The notes under the pieces: model-generated | The model's input: only the letters and a program-made list of their open reading frames with translations | Database searches by the model: none | Told to the model about the DNA's origin: nothing | DNA from: Takakia lepidozioides | Lineage: Eukaryota; Plantae; Bryophyta | DNA length: 64,000 nt | Direction: 5' to 3' | Assembly (NCBI GenBank): GCA_030704615.1 | Contig: CM060734.1 | Location: forward strand, 54,064,001 to 54,128,000 | Position numbers and translations under genes: made by a program | Shown here: one piece after another, positions 50,290-64,000 of the stretch | Layout: every line of letters begins with the position of its first letter | Position numbering within the stretch: the stretch's first letter is position 1

Positions 50290-52400
50290 AATGACCTAAA
50301 TGAAAGACCTAAAAATAAATTTCCTACAAATAAAAGACCTAAAATGAAGATGCTTTTATGTGACGTCCTTTTATAGGGGTAGTTATGAATGACCTACATG
50401 AAAGACCTAAAAATGAAAGACCTACAAATAAAAGACCTACATGAACGTGCTTTTTTTGTGTCGTCTTTTCATAAGGAGTAGGTATGAAAGACCTAAAAAT
50501 AAAAGCTTCTCATTGTTGAATAATTGGGTCTTTAAGGCTCACGTGGGCTTGGATAGTACGGGCTAGGGGTGGTTTCGGGTGGCCCTGCCGCCACCCCGAC
50601 CCGGCGTAGGTCCGCGAGGTAAGGTCTGCCGGCCCTAACCTGCTCGGGTGTGCCGACGTAGGGTGTGCCGCAAAGGTGGGTCCACCATCCCAGGCTACGT
50701 TGGGGCTAAATAGGGCAGTTTTCTAGGATAAGGGATAAAAAGTTTGTTGGTGTAGTAGCAAGCAGCGGGTAGTGTGGTGGTTAGGCGCATTGTATGGTAT
50801 CCATGGGGTTGCGGGTTTACCTCCGGCTGACGCTGAATGTGCATTGATGATGATTTTTTTGAGGGCGAGTTTCCCGAATTTTTTTTCAAGTTCCAAGGCG
50901 GGTTGCGGCGCGGTGAACAGACCCAAGGCAGGTTACGGTGTGGCGAGCAGACCTGAGCAGACCCAAGGGCACTGCGGCGAGCAGACCCAAGGGCGGGCAG
51001 ACCCGGACCGGCGAGCAGACCCAAGTAGACCCGCCGGGTGGTCGTGGGGAAAGGTGGGGTGACCCCGCGTCCGTACCTTCGTGCACTGCCTCGCCCACAC
51101 GTGAGAATTTAAGACCCAATTAATCTAAAATGAGAGCCAAAATAAAATACATAAAAAAAAGACCTAAAAGCTTCTCATTGTTTGATAATTGGGACTTGAA
51201 TGCGGGCATGTGTGGTTGTGGCGGGGCCCGCGGGTGGTAGAGGGGGTCGCGTAGGGCGGGGCGACCCCTACCCGGCGGGGTCAGTTAGCTCGGGTGAGCC
51301 GCCCCGGGGGCGTGCAGGGGAAGCGAGAGGGGGAGCGAGTCTATTGGGCCCACAAAACACCCGAAGATATGTAGATATATAATTAACTATTTCATGGATT
51401 TGTATAAAGCAGCGGCTAGTGCGATGGTAAAGAGCATCTTGTGATGAATGTGAGGTGTGCTATCGAATCCTGGCATGTGACATTGTGGTGATAATGTCTG
51501 TTAATTATAAATATATATTTTGTTTGAGGAGGGTCTGAGGGTCCGAAGGTTGGAGTTACGTGCTCGCCAGTTGGAGTTTGTCGCCAGTCAGTCCACTCGT
51601 CAATCGCCAGTCTGCTAGTGAGTCCGCTCGCCAGTCCGCCGGTCAGTCCACTCGCCGCTCGCCAGTCCGCTCGCCAGTCCGCTCGCCAATCTGCTGGTCA
51701 GTCCGCTCGCCAGTTGGAGTCAGTTGAGGGTTTGGCCAATCCGCTAGGTCCGCCGCTGTTAAAGAACTAGGACTTAAAAAAAATTCAGAATCTATACCCT
51801 GTGAAAGGGGGGTGGGTTCATGAGCTCACCCCATGGGCGGTACTAGCGGGCCCATAGGTGCATTCAAGACCCAATTATTAAAAAATGAGAGGCCACCTAA
51901 AATGAAAGACTTTTGTTTTATATCATTTCTGCCACCCTTTTATAATTCATCACCATGTGATCTTTTTCATTAAACACACTAATTTCTGCAACAAATATAT
52001 ATGACCTAAATGAAAAACTTTTGTTTTGGGTCATTTTTGTCACCCTTTATATTTCATCCCCATCTACAAAGGTTCGATCTCAAAACCTTGGCCATCCAAG
52101 ATCAATGCTGAATATTATATTTATATATTATAACTTTTGTTCCACTAATTTTTAATGGTATTATCTGGTGTAGGTACATCTAGATTTGGCTGTTTTTTTA
52201 GTGTAGGTGTTTTCTGGTGCAGGTATTATCTAATGTAGGTACATCTAAGTTTGGCTATTTTTAGTGCTAGTGTTTTCTGGTGCAAGTATTATCTAGCAGA
52301 AGTATTATCTGGTGTAGGTACATCTAGATATGGCTATTTTTAATATGGGTGTTTTCTGGTGCAGGTATTATCTAGTGGAGGTATTATCTGGTGTAGGTAC
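50290..52400. repeat. Non-coding TE-like region with short repeats (AAAGACCTA motifs; TCGCCAGTCCGC tandem at 51563-51720; TATTATCTGGTGTAGGTA tandem at 52158-52400)
   Basis: Directly visible tandem and dispersed repeats. No recognisable ORF. Confidence 0.55.
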
Positions 52401-54677
52401 AGGAGGATCTTGGCTCTTTTCAGCACTTGAGCCAATAGGGTAAAACACCCTATGACCGGTCACCTCATAACTGCTCGCATGAGCTACCATTGTTGGGACC
52501 AAGACTGCTCATTTTTGCCACTTGGCAAACAGTTGTTTGATAGAACCCCCCAGAAAATGTGATTGACCAATAGCGCCCAAGGTTCACACTTTCTGATTGG
52601 TTCAACTTTGAAGACCCACAACTTTGTGTAGACTTCATGAAATCACGCACTTCCAAGTGTGTTGGGATGCCCTGGATGTGGGACATCTTATCAATTTTAT
52701 CCGGGGTAAAAATGACAAAAATTCACCGTTAGATCTTCCGCCATTGTTAGATGAACGGTCATAGGCCTGTCTACGAGAGGGGTTGAGCCCAACAAGCAAA
52801 GTTTCAGGTTGCCAGAGTGCAGAAATTGGCACTCCTCTGACAGCAAGACAGCTTCGTGGTTGTAATGTGGGAGATTGGCATTGGTGCAAAAAACTTTGAA
52901 CGTTTAAAATGCATGTTGAAACTTCCATTCACTTGTTACTCAGGCCTCAGGGATATTTCACTCGCGACCCCCTCATGTGCACCACCTGCCACTTGCTTTC
53001 TGGTCCCAGGAACTTTGGTGAGTTCTACCTTGTGCTTCCTGGCTTCCGCCATCAACACTGCATCATTGCTGCACATTGTATCCACATGCAGAGAGGGATA
53101 GTATGAAAAAGACAATAGACAGTGGAGAAACCAAGTAGAACTAACAGCCCCACAAAATCTGATGGAGAAGGGCAATTGGATAGGATAAACCAGATTTTCG
53201 CATATGGAAGAAAATCCAACCACACTTTTGAGACATTCTTCCTAAGTAGTCAAACGCAGTCCATGCAGAGGGCAAGAGAGAGGGCATCATGAATGAAGGG
53301 GCAGACCAGTTTGCACGTGAAACATAGGCGCACAAATGTACAGGTACCCACTGGCTTGTGTGTCATGAGATTCTTGACCATGGTGAACAGTATAGGTATG
53401 CTGTTTTGCTGGTAACGTAACCACCACCTGCCTGTCAAGGGTCACTCGCTCCAAAATTTATGGGGATGAAAACTTCACTTGCAGCCTCACATAGTAGCCT
53501 GGACTGAATTGAAGAAACACTAGTGAGTGCAAAGGTAAGCTACAACAGAGAAAACACCTGCAGTGATCAAAAAACAACTAGGACTTCTAACAGAGATTAT
53601 AGTGCTCAAAGTCTCAAAAGGTCGTGCATCTTGTTGTTCCATAAATTCTGACACAAAATCTGACGATGATCATCTTGTAGAACTCATGACCAGGAATACA
53701 AGTGCAACAAGTTACTCACTTCTTCTCTCCACCAACTACTGAGAGAGCTTTGTCTCTGTTTTCCAGGAAAGGACCACATACAAATCCTAGGAATCAGTGA
53801 ATGCCACAATTCAAAGATTAGATCACTTGGATTTTTGGCTACTGAAGGTGAATCCCACCGATGTGAGTAACCTTGTGTGCACCAGACTTGGATATCGAAG
53901 AAGAGGAAGAAAGTACAGCACACCTGCATACACATACTGAGAACAAAGGAGCTGACCGAAGCTCCTGGGCTTTTGCCTTGGGTAAGCAATGATGCCATGG
54001 ATGGATTTGCCGTGTCCGCAGAAACCTACACTCATGCAATAATAGCTGTGTCACATTTGACTGCTCCACAAGTAAGGTCCAGTGTGCCAATCAACCCAAG
54101 CATTGTGTACAAGGCGAACAAGCCAACCTTTATGTCTAACGACCAACACTCCACCAAGAAAACAGGGACCAAACAGCTTCATGATCATGCTTGATCAGCT
54201 GAGATAAGAGACTAGTGACCTGGAATTGCAACAATGCAGTGCCAACTTCCCCTGTGAAAAATCCCAATGGAAGCCAAACACATGTGAAACCAAATCCTTC
54301 CTGGGAGAGGGTTGTTGGACTACCATGTCTGGCCACTGTGACAGGCTTTTCATTTCCAGTGCAGCACCTTACTCCACACTTCCGTTTAAAACATTGCAAT
54401 GGGGGGTTACAACACCTGGAAACTATGCAAAATGCAATGCTATGGCTCGTGCATTCGATTGCATTTTGCTGGGAGATCAGTTAGGTGTCCAATCACTTCA
54501 CAGGATGACAACGTGGTAGATATGGAAGCTTAAGATTATAGGACGCTCAGAATGATGAGGACCATAAAAGCGTTTTAGATAAGCTATTTCAATTGATTGT
54601 GGCTCAAGGAAAAAGAAAAGATGAAGATGAGACCATCATCAATCATAGGATCATATACTTTGCCACCAAATCTTGCC

Positions 54678-57600
54678 AAAGGCATTTCATCAATTCAGGA
54701 TCCTCCTCATGCTCAACGATCCAAGTTACTGCAGCTTCTAGTACCTGTAGTAAGTTCAAGCACAATGCCACTATTATTTTTCAAGATCGCTGCATGGAAA
54801 GTGTAATAACTTTACACAATTTCATATGCGACCACCTAAATCTCAACACAATGTGACTGAATGAAGACGACACGAGGGCGAGACAAGAGAGAGGACTAGC
54901 TTAACCTGCAGGCTACCTGCAACATGTGGCTGATAAGCTCCAGATAGCATTATCAGACTTCATGGGTTCATTCATGTCGAGAAATTGTAGTAGTTTGTAC
55001 CTGTGAAATGGAGAGCCCGAGTAGCCCTCGCAGTTGCAAAACCCATGACAATAACTCCTTGTTTACCTCTGGAACAACCATCTCTGCCACCATTGGTACC
55101 AGACACAAAAAAGCATGAGTGCTTCACCACAGGTTTCCAAAACTGATTCCAAAGCGGGCAAATTCATTAGTACTGTGAACACCAATCACCCAACCCCCAA
55201 CCTTTCCTACATTTGTTAGCTCATTCTTGTGTGAAGGCAAATGCCAGCTATTTTCCAGCATTTCTTGCACATTTCCAAGACACTACCTGACATCCAATGT
55301 CTTCTTTCCTTTCTTTGTGGGATTTAATGAAGATAGACAATGACCTGTCGGTTTGCCATCACTAAGCCCCCCAGCACCACTTGGTCCGGCCACTCCGGAC
55401 CCCACAGGGTTCTCCAACACTAAGGGCTTTGATGCCTCTTCAGTTTTGTCGGTAAACTCAGTATGCCCTGTTCTCTTTGTGTGTAAATCCTTCTCCTGTT
55501 TCCAGCCCAACAAAGAGATATAGTGGATGTGTGTGACATCTGAAGCTCTGCTGGAGAGCATGCTAAATCACAGAGTTTCTTTAGCTGACACCAAACCTGG
55601 CAAAAATCTAGGGCACCTAAGTATGGATTCTGATTTCTTGCCAATCACAATGGTTACCAAAATCCTCCAGCCCTGCCCGAAGTACTCTGACCTTGATGGA
55701 CAACTCCAATTCCCCTTAAAAAGTTATTGTTATAAACCACTCTACTTGTTTGAGCTATCCCAACCCAGACAAAGTACGGTATATGTGTACCTCCAATCAC
55801 ACATCGTCTGAGCTACTCCAGAAGGACACCCTGAGTGTCATGATCTTGTAACATATTGACGGGGTCATTGCAGACCTAAAAGCACTATGATAGTCCCCCG
55901 AGGTCCCATGAGAAACATTCCAGAACTATTCCCTCATCGAAAGTGATCATTATTGAACAAAAAAGGTCTTTGCAACTGCAGCACATTAGATGACCCCTAT
56001 CATCCAGTTTTACTGCAAAAACCTAACAATGACAATACACTAGGGCTGACTGTCACTGAATGGCCAACTACAACTGCTGAAGGAGAATCTTTACAACCTT
56101 CACTGATGCACTTGGTGCGTACACTCAGTCCCTCTAGCCGAAACCAATGTTAGTACTCCACCAATGTATTATCTTCAGCTTTGAAGATCCTAAGTGCCTT
56201 GCTGTATATCTGCTTATACTATTTACCCTGTTCCATAGGCCCCTTATGCCTTTCTGTGGATGTTAGAAAGTTTTTCTCTCACAACCATTCTTTTTCTCAT
56301 CCTACATTAAATGAGATCCAAGGCTGATACTACTGTCTCCCCATCTCGGGTGCATGCCTTCAGCTTTGGGATCAAAAGTGCTAGGCAGCTTATCGGAGGC
56401 ACTTCGTCTCGGGTGTAGTTCGGTGTCTGTTCATGTTGACATTTCTTTCCTACTTGTTCCAATTGGGCCCTCAGGGGCCCCGTGACTGCGTCACTCTTTC
56501 CTTCTCCCCTCTGGAACTACCATGGACGAAGTAAATTTCTTTTGGTCCATATCATTCTCTCTTCCTTTATCCTGACATCCAGACCGTTTTCTGATATTTT
56601 CCAACCAAGTATCCCTCTTCCCATTTCCCCCAAAAGACATTAAGCCTCTTGCTGCTGCATCCCTTACTCTCTCCTGTGGCTATCTTGCTTAGTAACTGTA
56701 TGTCAATTCTAAAGTTCTGGAGGGCGCAATGGTTTGCTGCTGGTTGCCAAGCCGGTATATCCATTCTGAAGTGTCCTAGAAAATAAGAGTTGGAGAGGCC
56801 AAGAAAGAGAACCCGGGAATGAAGGGACACACCGTTTGCGTGCGGCATGGCTTGCCACAGGTAGTGCACACAAGGTTGAGCACCTGCTTGCCACAATACA
56901 ACTTAATCCTGTCAGAAGTATTCCCTCACAACTTGACTACAATCAGGGCTGCAATGTACAAAGAGACAGTGACCCCGTTGTACTCTAGGGTAAACAGAGC
57001 TAGTCTTATCTTCATTCCTCTGCATCACAAGTTCAACTGTCCACCTTGTCAACTTTTATTGACTTGGGTAAGTCCAAACTCCAAACCTGCATTCACGTGG
57101 TAGCCTTGCTCAAAGGTATGATTGTTTACAATCTGAATCCAAATGCCTGATTGACAAATGCAAAAATGGAGGAGCTCACATCATCCAGCTCCACAATTCT
57201 CGATTTGCTCCAGCATTCCAAAGCTACCTTGGTACAGGCTAGTGGTTCCGTAGAGAGGTAAGAAGATACAAACATCATCCTGCGTGCAGAAATTTGCTGA
57301 TATACAAGTCATACGAGCCAGGGCCATATCACTCATCATATGGCATGCACAGGCCTATCACCTTCACAAATAAACCATCCTGAGCTTCTCGGTCATCTTG
57401 AATATGAAGCTTCAAGGGCAGACCATGTACGCAAAGCATGAGTAAATGACCGAATTGCACACTAAAACAATTTGAACAAGGGACAGCACACGCAAACACA
57501 TGAGCATAGGTTGTTTATTGGTAAGAGACATATCAATGCACACCTCATATGCTTCACATGCCAACAGATAATGACATCTCCGATCACACAGAGAGTGGAT

Positions 57601-58132
57601 GTAAACAGAAGCAATCGGCTGGACGATTACGTGACCTTTCGTGTCCAAGGAAGGCATAGGGACGTGCCACCATTTTTGGTTCATTTCTGTTCCGGATGTC
57701 GATAGTTATGAACAACCACTATCCAACACCCGGCAGATGGAGGTCGCGGAATTTGCTACACGATAAATTCTGTTAAAAATTAAGGTTCCTTCAGAGTGCT
57801 GTGATTGTACTGCGTTGCATTGCAATCCAACACTTTGAAAAGCAAAGTTAAGCCAATCAAACCTAATCAGCCACGATTATCCTATAGAAATTGTTTCCCG
57901 CCTAGTTGAACATGCGATGGCGTGGAGAGCGGCAATAGCCTCGATCAAGAGGACCTTCAACTGCGGGGATGAGAGAGAGAGAGAGAGCGAGAGAGAAAGA
58001 TGTAGTACATACAGGCTGAGTAGACTCCTAGAAATTGGCATGGCCGGTCAGCTCTGCATGATCCTGCGCCTCCTCCGCACTTGGGAACTGTGCCTTGCAA
58101 TCCCCACACTCCAGTGACAACAACCCCGCCAT
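54678..58132 (-). pseudogene. Pseudogene of the plant C2H2-zinc-finger/UBA(/PUB) domain protein (Arabidopsis At1g04850-like)
   Basis: Exons 58013-58132 (MAGLLSLECGDCKAQFPSAEEAQDHAELTGHANF*ESTQP), 56833-56883 (VLNLVCTTCGKPCRTQT), 55345-55495 (EKDLHTKRTGHTEFTDKT..), 55001-55083 (EMVVPEVNKELL/MGFATARATRALHFT) and 54678-54744 (LEAAVTWIVEHEEDP..DEMPL). In-frame stop and frameshifts. The 3' PUB exons were not found. Confidence 0.85.
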
Positions 58133-58354
58133 CGCTACTCCCTTCTCTCTCTCGCTCTTCCCTCTTTCAATACTTTCCATTAAACCACTTTCCTAAACTT
58201 CTATATTAGTTTCGCTCATTTTCTCTTTAAGGGACACGTGTAAGAAGTATTCAAAATATTTCGCATTTCGAAAATTAACAATTTTATAATAGTAGTCTAT
58301 ACGTAATTTACTTAGCATTGTGGACCCTTACAGAATGCTGCTCCGCTTCTCAAC

Positions 58355-59284
58355 TTACCACACGTGTAGGCTTGACCAAGTCCACCCCATGCAAGGCCCG
58401 CTATTGGCTGCTCCCACACTCTCTCTGCTGTGGACCTTCCAAAATAACCCCCACCAAAACTTGGATTGCACGGGTAAGGTGGCAAAATTATCAGCAACTT
58501 GTGTAGAGAAGAGGTCTCCAAGTCGTGAAGAACCGGTGGAGCACTTGCAGAAAATTCGAGCAATGTGGACCATCTCCAATTCGTGCGGTTGCACTATTGC
58601 CTTCCAAATAGAACCAGCTCTGTGGAAATCCATTCCACTATTTTTGTAGGGCACCACCCATGCAGCTGCAGGGTAAAACTGCTCAGTAATACAGATGGCA
58701 AATTACCGGCGAGCTGCCTCCGCATTTTATTTGCTCCACATTTGTGCGCGCTCCAATACATTATGGTGTGTGAGGCATACATGTTTTTTCGAGGATGTAC
58801 CGTATCTGATATACAAATCTAGACCTTCCTGCATCTGGTCGGCACTTACGTTTCTGTGCACAAATGTGAAACCTGGTTTATCGGCATTTTTCAGACAATA
58901 ACCAACCATGCCCGTAAGAGTATGAAGGCCTTTTACCACGAAGAGCTTTACAGTGGAGAAGATGTCCGGTGCAAGGTATCCCACCTAAGAGATTTTTTGA
59001 TAAGCTTGTTTAACATAATTAAACTTGATACATACAACCTACATACCATTTGCAAATGCAAAATTGTCGCCTCCTTCAAGCGCATATAAGCCAGAAATGC
59101 AGCGGGTAGCAATAAACTCTTCCATTTTTTGTAAGGATGTGACGTCGATATCTGTTCCACCCACGCCGATAATAACACTTGCCTCTATGAACTTCTCTGC
59201 ACCCTCCGCCACCTTCCCTTTCCCTCTTGCAGCCAATTTGATCCTACCTGCCATACTTGGCCCCACCCCCAACATAGCAAACAA
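58355..59284 (-). pseudogene. Replitron HUH endonuclease (Rep) pseudogene
   Basis: IEASVIIGVGGTDID..CISGLYALEGG/LHLQMVCR..LNKLIKKSLRW/LHTLTGMVGYCLKN..VHRNV..GMDFHRAGSIWK contains the HUQ and YxxK motifs in Replitron arrangement. Frameshifted. Confidence 0.8.
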
Positions 59285-62200
59285 CTACTCACGTGCCTGC
59301 TCTCAAACCACTAGTGAGGCACGCTACTAGTGCCTTGCCAAGACACAAGCTACAAGCAACTAGTGAGTTGCTTCTCATCGGACCGACATATTAGTAGAAG
59401 TATCTAAAACTGGAAATATGTAGAAAGTCAACTTGAACCATCTAGAAAGCCCACACTAAAAAGTCAATCCTTAATTTGGCCCCCTCTTTTAACTCCTGGA
59501 CCACGTTAATTCCTTGACCACTCTAGAATTAATCGGGCCGAATGAAACTACTTTACATATTTACTTTAATTGTGGGTTGGATGATAAATGATAAGGAGTC
59601 GATGATTAGACGGATGGAAAGCACTCGGCGAAGTTGACATATAACTTGGTCCTCTCCAATTACTTTATGCGTCGCGCGTCCTTTTTCTTCCCCGCCACAC
59701 TGGAGATCGCTCATAACTTCTTCTCAATCGACATCCCTCGCGACCCTTCTCGCAATGGACATCTTTTGCCACCCCTTCCATTTCTTGTTTCTGTTTCTTT
59801 CCTTTGTTGCCATTTACAAAGGAAATGCAACACGGCCTGACAGAGAATTGATCGAGAATGTTTCTTGATCAATTCTCTGTCAAGCTGTGTTGCATTTCCG
59901 TGGAGTCCAATACCATTCGGGAAATTTGTTTTGGTCGTCATTGAGAATGCTTTACTCGCATCAGCTTCTTTGCAGAAAGGAGCCCCTGGGACAAATCTGG
60001 TAAGTTCCAAACAGATTCATGAAGCATTGACATCAGTGGTAATGTCGGCAGATATTTTGAAAGTCTAAGCTAGCAGAGATCTTACAAAAGTAGTACTTCA
60101 GTACAAGAGTCCCAAAAAGTAGACAGGTCTATGTAAGTGCAGTTCTACGTAGCAGGTCGATTTTGATATTGAAGGTTGGAGACCGATTTATCATATGATC
60201 TGGAGATTTAGACTTTGCATCTTGTTTCAAGCTAGACTGTCACCAGTTGAACGATGTATAGTGTAATGTTGTTATGTAAACATTCCCGCAGCTACGATGC
60301 GTGCAAAACTGAACAAGAAGAAGACGGCATCAATTGACATCGAGAACATATGGTACTACCGTCACTTGCAGGGCGCAGGCATGTTGCCCTCAAATTTCTA
60401 TTATAACCAGTCCACCGTGGAAGAATTCAAGAAGTCTCATCATTCTAGATAGTACCGGCCCTGAATGCCATTGTTTCTCTCTGATATGCACTATCTACAC
60501 TGACCTCTGTTAATTACTGAGAGCGGAAGTCCTCCACATGTACTATAGAACAAATAATAATCAGCCAATAAATTATTTGCTGTGTACATAAGCCTCACTG
60601 ATTCTTGTCTAATGATCATCAAGGATATCCCGGTTGTTTAGAAAGTTCTCGCTCTATCTTTAACAGTGCTGAATCGAACTTTAGTATGTAGAATACCCGG
60701 GCTCAAATTATTCTGTGCAAGATAATTCCAAGTTGAGAATCAAGTGCGCGCAAGCTAGATATTAATCCTGCTTGAATCTAGCCTTTGAAAGCAATCCGAA
60801 ATTTGTGGGATGCTTCCTGCAATCTGAAGATCATCCACCCTCAGGTTCTCGCACTGCGACTTTCAGGCATTCCCACTGGAATTAAATTACCAAAGTTCGA
60901 GTTTATGCATCCTTCTCATTCACATGAAAACTGAAATGTACTTAAGACCGAGATCATGAATATTAGGTTTGTCTCAATTTGTAAGGAGTAATGCATACCA
61001 GCAGAAATGTTCTGCAGAGGCCTTAAGTACATATTTTGCAAGAAACGAGATATGCTGTGTGTAAATTACTAATTATTCGAGATCCGGATATATTGCAGAG
61101 CAAACAAGAATATTTCTGGCACACCTCCCTCACATGCTATGGACAGGTGTTGTTTCAGGGGGAGTAGTGTATGTTTATCAGCGCAACTTGATGGCCTTCC
61201 AGCTATATGGTAAGGCCTTTAAGCTGCTCCTCGGTTGCTCAGATGCCGATGACGTTCATTCTCATCCATGGATACATCACGTAGATTAATTCACGCTAGA
61301 ACTTTACCTTGCAGTTCACTGCCACAACAAATTAGTCTTTGTGCATCTCGATACTGTATGATCAATCTATCTCGATGGCATGCTCGATTTGATCGCTAAT
61401 TTCGACTATTGTTGTTGCACGTCTCCATTGATCGGGCCAGGAGAAACGGCAGGCTGAGGAACTGAAGCACGCCAAAATGCTGGCGCAGGAGCTCTTGGAT
61501 CTGTACCTTGTTTGTCTCCATTAAATGGCGGTGGTGGACCAGCTTCTTGCTCGCACTGGTTCTTGAACTTGATGGAGGCTATTTTTTCTTAAAGATGCCG
61601 ACGAACATTCATGACTTTTTTGTAAATGTTTTGTAAAAGGTCCAAACGTAGTACTAAGACAAATGTGGACATCTAAAAGGGTAGTAGCCGGGAGGTAGAT
61701 AGATGCCTGAGCTCGGAGGATGGATCAATGTCATGGCTTCCCATGGAACCGGGGCGTCCTGGGCAACCGGGACGTCAAAGCCTGCATCTACATCGTCCAA
61801 GAGCCAGATGGAGAAAAAAAAAGCAGGGAGGAATAGAGGGGCCTGGCCTGTTCTCCATTTGCCTTCTGCAAAGGAGGGGGTGGAGCAGGTTAGAACCCGG
61901 CCTCCACCTCATAGTAAGGCAGTCTCGCCGAGCGGGAGGTGTACTCTTCCCGCGATGACGCCATACCCATGGTATGACTAACTCCTCAAACCTACTAGTT
62001 TTGTCTTTGGTAAGGGAAAAGGCTGGTTAGCATAAAATCCTTTGTGAGATTCCTTCTCTACACTGGTGGCATCTTGTAGGCAGTATGTCTGTTTTGCTGG
62101 GAGGCCTCTGTGTGGATGACACATCAGAAGCTACCACGTCGCTTCATCGTCACCATGCACAGAGGGAGAGACGTTGATGCATCTTCCGATCACCTTACGC

Positions 62201-64000
62201 GTGGCAATAACACTGTGCCCCCTGGTTCTTAAGCTTTGCAGTTTCAATTAGAGCGTTACACCTGGAAGTCATCCAGGTTAATCTTGAAATACTTGAAGGT
62301 TTCTGAAGCTGCATCAGTCCGCTCACCCAATTATTTCTTGTTGGATGAAGGCTTGAAATTCCGTTTTCCCAAATCCGACCTCCATCTATCGCGGGATCGG
62401 AATTCTGCTGCAGTTTTAGCCCATGTTTTTTCAAATCAGCAGTGGCTTTCTGGAGCTAAACCAGGTCGTGCCAAGATTAGCTAGGTGTCATTATTCCACC
62501 ATAAGTTTCCTCCTATTCAGGGTTTCCATCCTTGCCTCTTAGTCAGTAGTTTACCTAGACATGGCTAATCGATGTTAGAGGGGTCTTAGAAACATATCTT
62601 TCCCCCTGTGAATGACCTTGTGTATACACATCAGTTCTACTTTCCACTCCTACTGCATGAATATATTTGCATGGGAAGAGTACAGAAATTCTTGCACTAT
62701 GCCTTCTTCATTCTGCAATCTTTCTTGTTGCCTTTTCGTATGTGTTTACTGTTACTCTCTCCTTGCTTCATAGAGAGTAGTTTGCTTCTTAGAATCAATA
62801 GATCTGCTTTTGCCCAGGACATGCTTTTCTCGTTACCGAGACATGATCCGCAATCATTGCAGCATTTTGTTGCTCCTCCCCTTTGGCCTTGGAGTTAGTT
62901 TTTGGAACTAGTGGCCCATCAAACAAATTTAAACTCATTTTGTGCTGGCAATAATGTTGCAACATCCTGCTTCACTGAAACAGTCGAGTTCCATGACCAA
63001 GGTCGTCAAGGTTAGAGAGCGATACCTCGGACAGGCATAGCAATGCCCCTAGATTCACTTCTTATACTTTGAACCCTCCGAAAACTGAGTTTTCAATTCT
63101 GCAGTGTTGGGCACAAGTACATAGTTGACTGTTATGCAAACCTTACTTATTCCTGGTCTCCTTTGGTAAAGAACAGGTGTCAACAACTGGCAGACCGTTG
63201 CGGTGCATTTGAAGAAATTAAGAAGACGCCGGCTGAAGGTAGTGTAACGAAGAGCCTCTTCCCTGCAATGGTTACTGTCCTCTTTGCAACTAAGCAAACT
63301 TGAAGTTTTAAGGGCTCTGTAAAGTAGCACCTGTAGATGCACAACAGCAAAGGTATGTGCTGTTGAGCCACTATAATAAGCCCCGCACAGAATGCTTCCT
63401 GGACCTCCTCCTTGCCTTCCTACACATTTTATACTGGTTACGTGCTGCAATGAACAGCTCAATTCACATCATGCTTTCAGTAGCTCCTGGTTATGTGCAG
63501 GCAAGGTAGCCCCGTATATAGGATCAAGTGGGTGTCACTCTGACCCCGACTCTCTGGTCCCACAACCTTTCTCCCCCTTTATTAGCCCTCACACAAACTT
63601 TGCTGGACCTCATGGCCACTTTCACTGACATGCGTTGTGGGGACTACAAAAGTATTGTCAACAGACAAACACTAGGCCAACTGCCTACTAACAATGCAGG
63701 GCTTTGCATGCATTCGTGTGGTTTGTTTGCCATGCTTTTCCCAATGTGGGTGACGTCTTGAAGATGTGTGAATTGCTTTTGGAGACCGACTGCTCGTTCG
63801 CGCCAAGAAGATGACCAACTTGTCTCCAGACTTGTTCAATGGTACCACATCGCCTTATGGCGCCTTAAAATATATTTTTTGTCTCCGGGAAGAGGCCAGA
63901 ACTGCAGCGGTTTTGTGACAGGGTCTTTAGCAAGACCAAGACTTAGATCTTGCAATCTTACTTGCCTATGGAGGGCTCCATCTCTCCATGTTTGGTCGAA

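Noticed and set aside
51410-51485. tRNA gene (A-box/B-box-like TAGTGCGATGGTA ... TCGAATCC)
   Set aside because: No convincing cloverleaf or acceptor stem. At most a degenerate tRNA-derived repeat.
61703-64000. Short ORFs or possible exons at the window end
   Set aside because: No recognisable motifs or consistent gene model.

Overview
Eukaryotic, transposon-dense plant DNA, most plausibly a bryophyte (moss-like; inferred from a PLS-DYW PPR editing factor, KP4-like killer-protein genes, a Replitron and a chromovirus). The only clearly intact host gene is a PLS-class PPR-E1-E2-DYW RNA-editing factor (9.6-12.8 kb), which appears to carry an N-terminal OSB-type PDF ssDNA-binding motif. The rest is mostly nested mobile DNA and pseudogenes: a piggyBac-like MITE, a complete hAT element, and a ~17.8 kb TIR-bounded region (14763-32566) with arrays of ~120-bp palindrome-cored repeats. 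That region carries a degenerate, intron-containing gene for a ParB/Srx-like N-terminal domain fused to a prokaryote-type beta-class N4C/N6A DNA methyltransferase. The gene is hidden because a chromoviral Gypsy element inserted into it (TSD GTAGG) and a later ~4.6 kb inversion, broken at the centre of one palindrome, flipped its 5' half. Further right are two KP4-like pseudogenes, a second Gypsy element with a DNMT3-like C5 cytosine methyltransferase between protease and RT, a UBA/zinc-finger protein pseudogene and a degenerate Replitron HUH transposase. All domain calls come from motif recognition by eye, not database searches.
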